Shown: positions 48,751 through 63,071, counted from the first letter of the stretch. The stretch: DNA of 64,000 bases from Octopus sinensis (GCF_006345805.1 NC_043025.1:15128001-15192000), one strand, 5' to 3'. A program made the numbers and translations. The notes: a model not told the origin generated them from the letters alone.

Positions 48751-50227
48751 AAATGATGTGACCAGAGGGGAGGTGAGGGGAAGGGAGTGTTGATGCTTCC
48801 ATGGTAACATGTGGTTGGAATTATCAGATCTGGGGCAGGAGGGGGGAGGGGCAGGCACAGAGAGAAAGGGAAGGAGAGATTTTATGTCGATGATGATGAT
48901 GATGATGGTTGTAGTAGTAATGATGATAGTGATGATGATAGTGATGACATATAATGACAATGAGGATGATGATGATGATGCTGATGATAATGATGACGTC
49001 AGTGATGATTATGATGATGCCCTTCCCCCACTCCCTCCCCATGCACTTCCCTGCATCCTTCTCCCCCCCTCCTGCCACCATCACCCCCTCCCCCAATGCA
49101 GCCTCAATTTATGGCAGATGTGTGTGCAACAGCAGCTCACTTTGTCACCTCACCTCGTTTGTAAAGCTGAAGATCAGGCACACGCACACACATGCACACG
49201 CATACACACACACATGTGCACACACGCATACACACACATACACACACGCACACATACACACACGCACACATACACACACACACGTACAGACATACACACA
49301 CGCACACACACACATACGTACACACACACACACCCACTCACATGCACACACACCACACCCATACACAAGCATACACCTCCCCTCCCCCTAAATCTAACCC
49401 CAGGCAATGGAAACCACATCATTCTATGCATATTTTTACTGCGGGACCCCTTTAAAGGCTCTGCACCATTTTAGTTAGTCCGGTCGGAGATTAGTATTAT
49501 AAATCCCTTCACCAAATCCACTCACAAGGCATTGCTTGATCCCCAGACTTATAACAGAAGGCCCACATGTTACCCCATCCACCATGTAGTAGGACTGAAC
49601 TTGAAGCTCCATGGTTGTAAAACAAACTTCTTAACTACACGGCCCCATGTGAACCCCCTTAAAATGTCTTTCATTTTCTTTTAACTATTTTGTCTTTTTA
49701 TTTTCCCTCTTGAAATTTTAAGGTCATCACCTGCTTTGGTAGTTTTAATCAATTACTGTATTTAATTACCATATTTAATTACCATATCTAATTACCATAT
49801 TTAATTGCCTTCTACATGTTTCAGTCACTGAAGTGACCATGCTGGAGCACCATGGAGAAGGGATTTAGGCTCTTAATTGTCTTGATTAATTATCACTGTT
49901 AATTGCTTTATTAATTGCTTTAATCATCTTAATTAATTACCTTAATTAATTGGCTGACAGCAAATATAAAGTGATTCTTAGGTAAATTACAGCCTAATTG
50001 CCATTTTCCCTTTCTTGATTTCAAATTTCTGAAAAACACAAGAGATTAAGGGCCAAATTAACTAAAAGGGTAAAACAAAACTGATTCAGTTTGTAAGGAG
50101 GCCCTGGTGAAGGGGTTGAAAGCACTCCAGCTGTTAAAACTACCTCTTACCATGATCAAGACACAAGAAACTGGCCCTAGTTGTGGTGGACAAAGTAAAC
50201 CATCTCTGCTAACCAATTCACGTTGCA

Positions 50228-50259
<32 letters not shown>

Positions 50260-50260
<1 letters not shown>

Positions 50261-50830
50261 GTAAAAAATGAAGTTCGAAAATGCTGCTATATTAGACAAA
50301 TTTTAAATTTTTATATATACATTATTTATTTAACATGTTTCGGTTCTTGAAATGATGAACCTTATCAAAAAAAATTATATATAAAAAAGATAGTTCATGC
50401 TATCAAATATAAAAAATTCATATATAATATACAATAGAGTCAGACATCAAAAGTTCATATATAGTGAAGTGAGTTCATGCTATGTGTTTAAAGAGTATGA
50501 TGTAGTAGTTCATAGTGGTGATATGCATTCAATATAAAAAATAGTTCATAGTGGTGATATGCATTCAATATAAAAAATTGATGTTCTTGAAAAAGCGAGG
50601 AATTCATTTTAGATTTTACCTTGAGCAACTGTGATGACTTTTGGTCGGTGTCCGCTGGACAGTTCTGGCGAACCTTGTGAATTGTTTGGGTTTTATATCA
50701 ACTGTTAGGTGGCCAGTACAGCGGAACGTGACGTCATCAATGTTTTGACTAATCGTTTCGTTAGGTGGCTAGTCAAGCAGAACGGGACATCATCAATATT
50801 ATGACCAATCAGAATCGGGTCTGACCTATA
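50260..50830 (-). mobile_element. Solo pLTR of the 17229-20110 PLE family
   Basis: Near-identical reverse complement of 19540-20110. Confidence 0.9.
50310..50388 (-). ncRNA. Type I hammerhead, U3-A8 variant (pLTR copy 3)
   Basis: Same core and stems as 19984-20063. Confidence 0.7.
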
Positions 50831-50854
50831 GATATATATATATATATATATTTG

Positions 50855-51235
50855 TGGAGGCGCAATGGCCCAGTGGTTAGGGCAGCGGACTCGCAGTCGT
50901 AGGATCGCGGTTTCGATTCCCAGACCGGGCGTTGTGAGTGTTTATTGAGCGAAAACACCTAAAAGCTCCACGAGGCTCCGGCAGGGGATGGTGGTGATCT
51001 CTGCTGTACTCTTTCACCACAACTTTCTCTCACTCTTACTTCCTGTTTCTGTTGTACCTGTATTTCAAAGGGCCGGCCTTGTCACTCTCTGTGTCACACT
51101 GAATATCCCCGAGAACTACGTTAAGGGTGCACGTGTCTGTGGAGTGCTCAGCCGCTTGCACGTTAATTTCACGAGCAGGCTGTTCCGTTGATTGGATCAA
51201 CCGGAACCCTCATCGTCGGAACCGACGGAGTGCTT
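50855..51235 (+). mobile_element. SINE family E
   Basis: GGCGCAATGGCCCAGTGGTTAG..GGTTTCGATTCC. Confidence 0.8.
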
Positions 51236-51747
51236 CCATTCCATTCCATATATATATTAAGAACAATCTTACTTAGAAATGGATGCGTGCGTTTCGTCAT
51301 ATAATAAATTAATAAATAAATAAAATATATGCATATATACATACATATATGTACGTACCTACCTCTACATGTATATATACATGCATATATGGATACAGGA
51401 CACCAAAAAAACGTCAAACACAATGAGAAACGAAAACATAAACACAAAACCAAGGAACTGGACATTTTTCTTAAACAACGAAAAAATAGAGTATAGGACA
51501 AATAACACAAGGAAAATTCCCCTTCTTCAGTCGCCATGGTTTCATCTACTCTGCATTTCAAAGGTGAAGGCGATACGCATCTTCGATTGAAACTTTCCTT
51601 CCCACGAAAACCAAATTAAATAAAATTTGAGTTTTTTTTGCGTAGGGGTAAAAATGGTAACAGAAACAGGACAGTAACGACAGTACAAAATATAAACAGT
51701 AAAAGACAGGACAAGGAGAATATATAATATATATATATATATATACT

Positions 51748-51948
51748 GTGTCGGTGGCACATAAAATCACCCACTACACTCTCGGAGTGGTTGGCGTTAG
51801 GAAGGGCATCCAGCTGTAGAAACACTGCCAGATCTGACTGGCTTGGTGCAGCCTTCGGGCTTGCCGGACCCCAGTTGAACCGTCCAACCCATGCTAGCAT
51901 GGAAAGCGGACGTTAAACGATGATGATGATGATGATGATGATGATGAT
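51748..51948 (+). mobile_element. SINE family B
   Basis: Family match, (ATG)n tail. Confidence 0.8.
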
Positions 51949-52275
51949 ATAAGGATAATATCGATATTTAAATATCGATATTATCAAGTGGCCAGCATGG
52001 GAAAAATACCATACGAAGGTAATAATTTTTTTTACAACTAAAAATAAGGGTGTCTGAGAGACACCACCATGCCGAAATAGCAGTCAAATCCCTGACTCTA
52101 AGAACCACGTTAAATGTTCATATCACACCATGAGATAAGACAGAGGGACAAAATAGACTAGCGAAAAGATATTACTGAATAATTCAAGATCCTGGATTTC
52201 TAGCTTTGCTTTAAATAAGCTTTGCTATCATCAGTTGAATATATCATAGCACATAAATACAAATATAGTTGTATG

Positions 52276-52322
<47 letters not shown>

Positions 52323-52324
52323 CA

Positions 52325-54461
52325 TGTACTTTTGACCTAAAAGATGAAATTGCAAGAATGTGGGCAATGAGGAGAGTAGCTGTTATCCCATCAGTTGTAG
52401 GGACACTTGGAACACTGAGAACCAAGTTTGAGGAATATGTTGGAGAAATTGGAATTGACACAAGGGAAGAGCTGACCCCCAAAAACTGCACTATTGGGGA
52501 CAGCTAGGATATTTCAAGATTGGTACTTGGGTATTGAGTGTCTTCCACACCTAAGTACTAAGTCCTATAATTCGTGGAAAGAGACTCTATGAGACCCTTG
52601 GCAACAGGATACTGCCTGCTCTTGAGTAATCAACCAGAACCATTAAGACTGAGAGCTCTGACCCCAAAAAGGGCAGCAAAAATGTGTAAAACAGGAAAGT
52701 TTGAAGGAAATATCAAGAAAAAACCCATTGCTGGGGAGGAGGATGTTGTAGATAGAAGAATGGCTGAATGGCTGCAGGGTGTTGGATTGAAATCTGAAAC
52801 AGAAGGATTTATCTTAGCAGCACAAGATCAGAGTCTCCTCACTCGGAACTATCAAGATAATGTCATATACAATGAGGTAGATGCAAAATGTAGACTCTGC
52901 AATGACAAACTTGAGAGTATTGACCACATAGTTTCTGATTACTCAGTCCTTGCCCCCAGAGAATATAAAGCCAGGCACAGTCAAGTCGGTCAGTACTTGC
53001 ACTGGAGAATATGGCATCACTATGGTATCCTGCACCCTAAGAACTGGTATGAACACCATCCAGAGCCAGTCACTGAGGGAGAGAATGTTACCATCCTTTG
53101 GGATTATGGGATGCATACAGACAGGCAAATAAATACTAACAGGTCAGACATTGTCATCAAAGACCTAAGACAAAAAAATGTCTGTCAATTGATATGACAA
53201 TGCCTACTGAAAGAGACATCTCAGCAAAGGGATTTAAAAAACTGTTGAAATATAAGGACCTTGAGGTTGAGAGAAGTAGGATGTGGCCAAAACCCTCCCT
53301 GTTGTTGTGGGTGCCCTGGGAATGATCAAGAAAGGTAGTGACAAATTTGTCAAAGTTGATGATGCTGCAAGAGGTGCCACACCCTAAAGCAAATGTAGGG
53401 AGATTGTATATGAAAAGAAAGAATGGTGGCAGAGGACTGATTAGTATAGAGCATTGTATAAGGAGTGAAAGGAGAACACTTGCTGAGTATTTGATAAATA
53501 GTGATGAAGACGTGCTGTAACGTGCCGTGAAAGATATGGGTGTAAATGCAGATGAAGTGATGGGCAAGGAAGAGTTTAACCAAAGAGCTGAGGAGAAGAG
53601 AAAAGAATACCTTCTTTAAATGAGAATGCATGGACAGTTTGAAAGGAATAAATAGGACGTTAAGGATAATACAGCATCGTGGGCATGGCTTGAGCGAGGT
53701 GATTTGAAGCGTACCACTAAAAGCCTGGTCATTGCTGCATAAGACCAGGCTCTCGCTACCAAATCAGTGAAGTATAGCATCTATAAAACTTCTGACACCC
53801 AGAAATGCAGACTCTGTGGAAAGAGTGTGGAAAATGTGACCCACTTGATAAGTGGATGTGAGAGCCTTGCACAAAAAGCATACAAGCACCGCCACGATAA
53901 AGTGTTTGTGTATCTTCATTGGCATTTATGCCATAAATACCAATATGAAGTAACAGAGAACAGGTATGAGTATGTACCAAGTAAAGTTATGCAGGAAGAT
54001 GTACAAGTAACGATACTCTGGGACTATGATTTTCAGACGGATCGTGTAGTCGAACACCGTCGGCCAGATGTTGTCATATTGAATAAGAGAGACAAATACT
54101 GTCAGATCATTGATGTAGCCATACCAAATGGCAACAATGTTGTGAGTAAAGGGGTTGAAAAAATCACCAAGTACTCCGAAATGAAAGCGGAAATGGCAAG
54201 ATTGTATGGAATGCAAGAGGGTAAGGTAAAAGTGATACCAGTGGTGATTGGAGCGTTGGGCTCAATACCACTGAAACTTCAAGACTTTTTAAGGCAACTG
54301 GAAATCCCATGCAAGATTTATGTCTTGCAAAAAGCAGCCTCATCGAGCACAACACTCATCTTAAGAAAAGTATTATCTGTCTGAAGTCCTTGTTGTGACT
54401 TGACAGATGACTAAAGACTCCAGTGCCCTTTTGCCGACACTGTGTTACGAAGGAATAAATG

Positions 54462-54497
<36 letters not shown>
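52325..54497 (+). mobile_element. Three stacked R4/Dong-clade LINE 3' fragments
   Basis: CRLC..E..H..GC, RHD/S, TILWD, RPDVV, IIDVAIP, KITKY, VIPVVIGALG; final (AAT)n tail. Confidence 0.85.
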
Positions 54498-54499
54498 GC

Positions 54500-54985
54500 A
54501 TGTACATTATTTTGTCTTGGTATAAAAAATGGGCTACAGCAAATATTCTGCTCAATACCACAGATTTGCTTGTCAGTTGTTTGACCATAACCAGTTGAGC
54601 ATGTCCCTTAGTGGCTGACGATATGTGCATCTCTGATCACGAGCAGAAGTAGTGGGGGAGCATCATATCCATGTGTTGAGAGGGATTCTTTGGGGTTTGG
54701 ATAATTCACCTCTGGAAACATGGGTGGTTCGTTTTGAGCAGGATGGGTTACTCGACCAGAAGAAAATTCTAACTGGGCCCCACTTGCAAGGTCATGCGCT
54801 GTTTCTCTTGATATGAGATCACCATGTCGTGCACATATGGTTGTGATGCATGTGCCTGGTGTACCCTTATCAGACAGGTAGTCATGATGGGTATATTGGG
54901 CTTCGTATATTTTACCCCAGTGTCACTTTGATGGCATGCACTGCTCTCTCTCACTCAATAATAATAATAATAATATAATAATAAT
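54500..54985 (+). mobile_element. Repeat family D (SINE-like, (AAT)n tail); second copy at 56579-57200
   Basis: Two ~90% similar direct copies (visual estimate). Confidence 0.7.
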
Positions 54986-55546
54986 AGTAATCCTTTCTAT
55001 GATAAGTAGAGGGGCCGAAGTTTTGTGGAAGGGAGATAGTCAATTACGACCCCAGTACCTTAATGGTACTTATTTACTGACCCTGAAAGGAATGATAATA
55101 ATAATGGTTTCTAATTTAGTGCATTGTACCAGCAATTTTGAGGGGTGGGGCATAATGCCATTGATCCCGTTTCTTCATTGGTCCTATATTTTATCAAGCT
55201 CAGAAAGATGAAATGCAGATTCACCTCAGCAGGATTTGATCTCAGATTCTAAAGGGTCAGAGCAAATACTGCAAGGCACTTTTTTAACTGATTCTGTAGC
55301 AATTCTGCCGATCCATCTGAAGATGGTAGGCATGGTGATGATGATGGTGGTGGTGGTGGTGGTAGCGATGTTGAAGATGATGAAGATGATGGTGGTGATA
55401 ATGATGATAGTGAAGATGATGATGATGATGAGGAGGAGGAGGAGGAGGATAACTACAATGAAAATAATGATGATGGTCACAATGACAACAACAATGAATA
55501 TAATGATGGTGATGGCGTTTGTAATGGCTTATTATGTGTGTGTGTG

Positions 55547-55588
<42 letters not shown>

Positions 55589-56105
55589 GATACGCATACA
55601 TTTATCCATCATCGAAACACCCCCCATCACCTTTTACCCTGTTGACACTCCCCCACCGCCTCCACCAGAGGCTGGTATCTTACTCACTCATTCATCATCT
55701 GTGATTCATGTTCTTACTCATCCACTATATCTACTTATAATTATGTACACACACACACACACGCTCACATGCACACACATATGTATGTAGATGTATAGGA
55801 AGGAGTGGTGACAAGTTGCTGGTTTTAGGTAAAAGAAAACACAGAAGGATCAGTTGCTCGTGATTTTCTGCAACATATTCCACCCCCGCCGCCGCCCCCT
55901 CAGATTCACACGCTTATTGCAGTGGTCCTTCAGTTTTTCTAAGCCCCTCCTCTCAAAATTGCTGGCACAATGCACTAAATTAGAAACCATTATTATTATC
56001 ATTCCTTTCAGGGTCAGTAAATAAGTACCAGTAGGGTACTGGGGTTGTTGTAATTGACTATCTCCCTTCCATAAAATTTCGGCACCTCTACTTATCATAG
56101 AAAGG

Positions 56106-56457
<352 letters not shown>

Positions 56458-57150
56458 AGTGAGAGAGCAGTGCATGCCATCAAAGTGACACTGGGGTACA
56501 AATATATGAAGCCCAATATACCCATCATGACTACCCATCTGATAAGGGTACACCAGGCACACGCATCACAACCATATGGGTCAGTAAATAATTGCCCTGA
56601 TGCTGTACCAGGCAGTGACTCTCATGGCTTCTGATCTTAACTGATTGGAAGTGTTATCATGTACATTGTTTTGTCTTGGTATAAAAGATGGGTTACAGCA
56701 AATATTCTGCTCAATACCACAGATTTGCTTGTCAGTTGTTTGACCTTAACCAGTTGAGCATGTCCCTTAGTGGCTGACGATATGTGCATCTCTGATCACG
56801 AGCAAAAGTAGTGGGGGAGCATCATAGCCATGTGTTGAGAAGGATTCTTTGGGGTTTGAATAATTCACCTCTGGAAACATGGGTGGTTCGTTCAACATCC
56901 TTAAACAAACCTTTATTCAGGGTCCTTTTGAGTGGGATGGGTTACTCGACCTGAAGAAAATTCTAACTGGGCTCCACCTGCAAGGTCATGCGCTGTTTAT
57001 CTTGATATGAGATCACCATGTCGCATACATATGGTTGTGATGCATGTACCTGGTGTACCCCTATCAGACGGGTAGTCATAATGGGTATACTGGGCTTCGT
57101 ATATTTTACCCCAGTGTCACTTTGATGGCATGCACTGCTCTCTCTCACTC

Positions 57151-57199
<49 letters not shown>

Positions 57200-57201
<2 letters not shown>

Positions 57202-57685
57202 CAGCAAAGACCTAAGTAAAAAAACATGCTTGTTAATTGCTATGACAATACCGACTGAAAATAAATACTAACAGGTCAGACATTGTCATCAAAGACCTAA
57301 GACAAAAAAATGTCTGTCAATTGCTATGACAATGCCTACTGAAAGAGACATCTCAGCAAAGGGATTTAAAAAACTGTTGAAATATAAGGACCTTGAGGTT
57401 GAGAGAAGTAGGATGTGGCCAAAACCCTCCCTGTTGTTGTGGGTGCCCTGGGAATGATCAAGAAAGGTAGTGACAAATTTTTGGACCAGATTCCTGGGAA
57501 ACCAACAGTCTATGAGACTCAGACAATTGGGTTGACATCAGCCACCCACATTCTCCGGAAGTTTCTCTCCATCAAATATATATGTGCCTTAGGTCTCTGG
57601 TTGAGACCCGGTTGGAAGATGAAATAAAATGCAAATCAATTGGAAAATAAGGACAACAACAACAACAACAATAATAATAATAATG

Positions 57686-57718
<33 letters not shown>

Positions 57719-57720
57719 GC
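57200..57720 (+). mobile_element. R4/Dong 3' end between (AAT)n tracts
   Basis: TLPVVVGALGMIKKGSDKFLDQIPG..HILRKFL; 57270-57477 nearly identical to 53140-53347. Confidence 0.8.
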
Positions 57721-57985
57721 TACAACAGTAAAAATAGGTAGAATACAAACAAAATTAATGATGAGGAGGATAAAATAGCATTAGGGGTGAAAGAGGAAGT
57801 ACAGCAGACAAAGGGAATAAAATGCCTGAATGAATTGGAAGGGGTGGTATTGAAGCTAATCGGAATGGTTCCTGGTGACCTTAGAATTTGAAATGGCAAG
57901 GCATAAAAAATATATTGTCAAAAGGGATGGGCAGGCCTCAAGGAATTAAAATACAAATCTAAATTAATGAAGGAAACCAAAGTAC

Positions 57986-58370
57986 AGGCTCAGAAGTGGC
58001 TGTGTGGTAAGAAGCTTGCTTCCCAACCACATGGTTCTGGGTTCAGTCCCACTGCATGGCACTTTGGGTAAGTGTCTTCTACTATAGCCTTGTGAGTGGA
58101 TTTGGTAGATGGAAACTGAAAGAATCTCTTTGTATGTGTGTGTGTGTGTTTGTGCCTGTCTTTGACCACCCACCACCACTTGACAACTGGTGTTGGTGTG
58201 TTTACATCCCCCGAGTTTAGCAGTGTGGCAAAAGAGACGAAGAGGACGAGAATCAGGCTTTTAGAATAACAAAGTAAGTATGGAAGCTGATTTACCCAAC
58301 TAATAATTCTTCAAGGCACTGCCCCAGCATGGCCACAGTCAAATGACTGAAACAAGCAAGAGGTAAAAGA
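57986..58370 (+). mobile_element. SINE family A
   Basis: Family match. Confidence 0.75.
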
Positions 58371-58407
58371 TGTATATGTTGAAACAAACTCTGAGCAGAG
58401 AATGAAA

Positions 58408-58960
58408 TCTATCTATCTATCTATCTATCCACTCAGTCGAAGTCGACTCTCGGTCACTCGTTGGATCAGTGTCCTCCAGTCAGTTCTATCCTGGGCCGCT
58501 TCTTTCAGACTGGCTATGTCCATTCCGATATCACTCTTGATGATGTCAAGCCAGCGGGTTCTTGGTCAGCCTCTTCCTCTCTTGCCACTGACCATTCCGA
58601 GCATGATGTCCTCCGCATAATATGACCGAAATATGCCAATCTATGCTTGGTGATCCTAGCTTCTAGCGACATTTTCTTCTCCAACACCAAAGCTCGAATG
58701 CATTAATTCTCTTCTGGTCAGCTTTCTTTAGTGTCCAGGTCTCGCATCCATATGTTGCTATTGGGAAGACAATTGCATTCACCAATCTGCATTTGGTAGC
58801 GAGTCTGATGTCTCTACTCTTCCAGACCCTGCTCATGCTGACCATTGCCTCTCTGCCTTGTGCTATCCACCGTCTTATTTCTGGAGTGCAGTCACCATCT
58901 CGATTTATTTTGGAGCCGAAATAAAGTGAAATTAAAACAGAATCAGGAAAACTATAAAAG
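58408..58960 (-). mobile_element. RTE/BovB-like LINE 3' fragment
   Basis: VFPIATYGCETWTLKKADQKRINAFELWCWRR; (GATA)n tail. Confidence 0.85.
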
Positions 58961-59325
58961 AGGGGACAGATGGGTGTTGAAAGCAGGATTGGCTCCGAAA
59001 CAATGGTAAATGGTCCCGAAAGATGTGGTGAACTCTTTCTTTGTCTTCTTTTGTGTGTGTGTGTGGGGGGGTGAGTAAGGCATTGAGCTGGCAGAGTTGT
59101 TAGCATGCCAGGTAAAACACTTAGCAACATTTTGGTTATCCTTATATTCTGAGTTCAAATTCTGTTGTGGTTGGCTTTATCTTCTGCCCTTTAAGGGTAG
59201 ATAAAATAAATACCAGTTGACTGCTGGGTCAAATTAATTGACTTGCCCCCTCCCCTCAAATCTCAGGCTTTGTGCTTATAGTAGAAAAGATTTTATATGT
59301 ATATTTGTACAGACATACACACATA

Positions 59326-59640
59326 CAAGGGGCTACTGAGAAGTTCCTGGCTTTGGGCAAAAGAAAATACAGGAGAATCAGTTAAAATATAATTTTAATC
59401 AACATATTCCCCTCTCAGATTTACACACTTATTGCAGTGGTCCTTCAGTTTTTCTGAGCCCTGTAAAAAGAACTTGGAAGGTTGAGCCTCCAACCAGGCC
59501 CCTGTAGCAGCAAATACTTCTGAATCAGAGTGAAATTTTGTTCCCTTGTGAAAAGAAGTGATGGTTGGAAGAGACCAAGTCAGGAGAGTAAGGTCAGTGG
59601 TCGACCAATTCATAGCCAAAGTCATATATTTTCCATAGAG
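59326..59640 (-). mobile_element. Mariner 3' remnant with TIR
   Basis: KFHSDSEV..WLEAQ..FFLQG..KCVNLRGEYV; short piece also at 55880-55945. Confidence 0.75.
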
Positions 59641-59679
59641 TATCATGTGCTGTGTGTGCTGGTATTAAGTCAAGTACAT

Positions 59680-60022
59680 CAAAATGAAAATCAAATGGAA
59701 ATTGTAGTTGTGATCCCCATGCCGGTGGCATGTAAAAAGCACCATCCGAACGTGGCCAATGCCAGTGCCACCTTGACTGGCCTCCGTGCCAGTGGCATGT
59801 AAAAAACACCAGCTGATCGTGGTCATTGCCAGCCTCTTCTGACCCCTGTGCTGGGGGCACGTAAAGAGCACCCACTACGCTCTCGGAGTGGTTGGCGTTA
59901 GGAAGGGCATCCAGCAGTAGAAACACTGCCAGATCAGACTGGAGCCTGGTGCAGCCACCTGGCTTCGAACCACCCAACCCATGCTAGCATGGAAAACGGA
60001 CGTTAAATGATGATGATGATGA
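59680..60022 (+). mobile_element. SINE family B
   Basis: Family match. Confidence 0.8.
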
Positions 60023-60027
60023 TAGAG

Positions 60028-60078
<51 letters not shown>

Positions 60079-60503
60079 TGGATGGATAGATAGATAGATA
60101 GACCCATATATATATTATCTAATCCATGTTATATTCCCCAATTTCCTACTCTTTTACTCTTTCCATCTTTCCCTGCTCCCTTTACCCTTGCTTGCTCCTC
60201 TCTCTCTACTTATATAATCTCTATTTATTCTTCTTGTCTTATTTGCTTTACTTTTCTTTAAAGATTTCTGCACCTCCCTTCTTAGACTTAACGTTTCTTC
60301 AGTCTCTTCTCAACACACTCCTGGAACGTTTATGCGGCTTCCAGAAATCTGAGAATCTTGTGCCGTATTCTGTACCCTGTATTGAGTACGTAGACCCTAT
60401 TTTTTAAGTTGGTTAATTTGCATACAATGTGCTTATAATAGTTTTGTCCTCTTTTTTCTTAATGTGGATTGATTATAATTAAACATACTCTGCTTTAAAA
60501 ATG

Positions 60504-60921
60504 GGATCTTTTCAGTTTGACCGGCAGTTTTTTAAAATAATTTCCACGTAACTAAACACTTTTTTACTTGGTATATTGGTAGAATGTGTTTATAAAACAT
60601 CTTTTTGTCTTGGCTTTTTTGAGAAAATTCTATACTTTGTAAGATATTTGGTGGGTTTTTTCTTCAGTTTCTGCAATTTCAACTAATCAATGACGTCTAT
60701 TGAGGTGAAAATATTGTGTGCCGTATGAATATGTCCCTCGTTTAAGAAACAGATTGGGTTTATTTACATTTCTGAAGAAAAAAAAAGATACCCTTCCCCC
60801 ACCCCTAACCCTAACCCTAAAACAGATTGAAATGCAATAGATCGATACTAGGGTTATAATTATGGGTGACAATTTCATATGACGCCGCTAGAAAAAACTG
60901 CCGTTCAAACCGAAAAGATCC
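60504..60921. mobile_element. MITE family M copy
   Basis: TIRs; TSD TAAAAATG/TATAAATG. Confidence 0.9.
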
Positions 60922-61192
60922 TATAAATGTATTAATTTGTACCTAAATCTGTTAAGTAAAAATCATAATCTTTACTTTTGCTCATTTAATTCTCATCCTG
61001 TAAGCATCTTGCAGAATTCATGGCACATGTGATATATTTTAAGAATTATCAGCAGATTAATAAATATCAAGCAGAACCTGCTTTAGAAATGTATTGAATA
61101 CAATTTAGTTCTTGACTTTTCACAGTTTATTTTATATTTCAAGTGTTTATTTAGATTGTCTCCAGAAAACTAGAAAATCCAGAAATCCGGGA

Positions 61193-61202
61193 CACTTCCG
61201 GT
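61193..61202 (-). promoter_or_regulatory. ETS-type motif ACCGGAAGTG
   Basis: Exact consensus in unique sequence 1.4 kb upstream of the HIP1-like ATG. Confidence 0.35.
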
Positions 61203-61209
61203 CCCAAGC

Positions 61210-62590
61210 TTGCCAGATATTTGCTCCGTTACTCTATATCTAATCCCTCCGCTTCCTTTCTCTTTCTCTCTCTCTCTCTCTCGCCTCATTCCTCCTTTAA
61301 TTTATTTCCCCTCTTTCTCACACTCTCTCGTTTGCTTTTACTCTCACTCACCTCTTCCCCTCATTTATCTTTCTGTCTTTCGGTTTCTACATCTGATTCC
61401 CCCTCTCTATCTGTGTTCATCTTCCCTCTTTTACCTTTCCCTCCTCCTTCTCCTTCTCCTCCCTATATGTACTCACATATTGATTTGGTTTGTCCGTCTC
61501 ACTCCCCTTCTTTCTCGCTCTGATTACTCTCACTACTGCTTTTGTTCTACTTTACACTCCCCACTCACTCGCTTCCTTCTATATGTCTTCCTCTTTTTCT
61601 TCTCTCTCCTCCCCCTTTTCGTATCTGCTTTACTCTTCCTTTCCCTCACTCTAGATCTTTTTCTAACGTCCCTCACTCCACCTCTATTAACTCTAGATCT
61701 ATTTTACTCTCTTCCCTCCCTCTCTGTAACGCTACCTCATTCTCCTCTCCCTCTGTCTAAATCTACATAACTCTCTTCCACCCTCTGTCTAGATCTACCT
61801 CACTCGTTTCCTCCTCTCTAGATTTAGTATACTTTCTTTCAGCCTCCCTATACCTCTACCTCACTCTCTCACAGTATTTTTACTCTTTTTCTAGCTTCGT
61901 CCTGTGATGCTATCCCCTTCTCTCTCCCTACTTTTTTACTCTTACTCTCTCTCTAGATATACCATATCCTTCTTTCACTCCAACCCTCTCTCTAGAGTTA
62001 TATTACTCCCCTTCAGTCACTCCTACTCTTCTTCTCTCTCTAGATTTTCGCTCTTTCTGTCACCCTCTCGTCTTTGTACCTCCTGCCCTTTCTGTAAAAG
62101 TATTTTTGCTTTCCGTTACTTCTACTCTCTCTGTCTCTCCGTCTCTCTCTCTCTCTTCGTCTTTTACACTGTCTCCCTCCCTCTCTACCAAACTCTTCTT
62201 TCACTCCCACTGCCACTCTCCCGCAATTCGTCCATCTACACCGTTTTCTCTCCCTCCCTCATTAAGCAATACTGTCTCTCCTTCTCCCTCCCTAACTCAG
62301 CCATACTCTCTCTCCCCGTCCCTCACAACCATGTTGCTTCTCTTAGCCTTTCCTTTCCTCACTAAGCCACACTCTCTCTCCCTCCCTCACTAAGCGATAC
62401 CAGCTTTCTCTCTCCCTCACTAAGCCACACTCTCTCTCTGTCTATATCTATGTCTATCTCTCTCCATCTCTATACTATAAGACAGATAGCCAGCCATAGT
62501 GGTGTGTTGTGTAGATCTCTCTGTCTCTCTGTCCCACCCCCTACAGGGACAGACGTTTCCCTCTCTCTCTCTCTCCTCTCTCTGTTGTTA
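61210..62590 (+). repeat. ~1.4-kb polypyrimidine (CT-rich) tract upstream of the HIP1-like exon
   Basis: Direct reading. Confidence 0.8.
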
Positions 62591-62607
62591 GTGAAACGGA
62601 GAAGGAA

Positions 62608-62694
62608 ATGTCGTCTTTACATTTACCAAGAGTAATTAGTCAACGAGGAAAGACAGCCGTGGAAGTTGAGAGGGAGAACTTCGAGAAAGCTCAG
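62608..62694 (+). CDS. HIP1: First coding exon of huntingtin-interacting protein 1 (HIP1/HIP1R/Sla2 family)
   Basis: MSSLHLPRVISQRGKTAVEVERENFEKAQ followed by CAG|GTGAGT donor; resembles HIP1 (LPKVLSRRG..ERESFERTQ) and HIP1R (RVLSRR..EREQFDKTQ) N-termini from memory. Confidence 0.75.
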
Positions 62695-63071
62695 GTGAGT
62701 GACCCCTCATAACAACAACAACAACAACCGTAATAACGGTGAAGATGATGAGAATGATGGCGATGATGATGATGATGATGATTGATGTTCGGGTGATGAT
62801 GTGCACACTTTTAATGTATGTAAGTGTGTCTATGCACACATATATATATATATACGTATATATATATATATATATGTATATGTATGTATATATATATGTA
62901 TGTATATGTATGTATATATATATGTGTGTGTGTGTGTGTATGTATATATGTATGATACATGTGTGTATATAGACACTTTGCAAGGCAATTGGAAGGTTCA
63001 TAAATTATTTTATACGTAAATGTGTGTATATACTGTGAGATTTATATATCCTATCCTAACAAACGATTCTG

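Noticed and set aside
48794-48807. RFX X-box-like GCTTCCATGGTAAC
   Set aside because: Single imperfect motif in low-complexity sequence with no nearby gene start
60126-60407. Possible exon upstream of the HIP1-like gene
   Set aside because: No recognisable protein similarity or paired splice sites in either orientation
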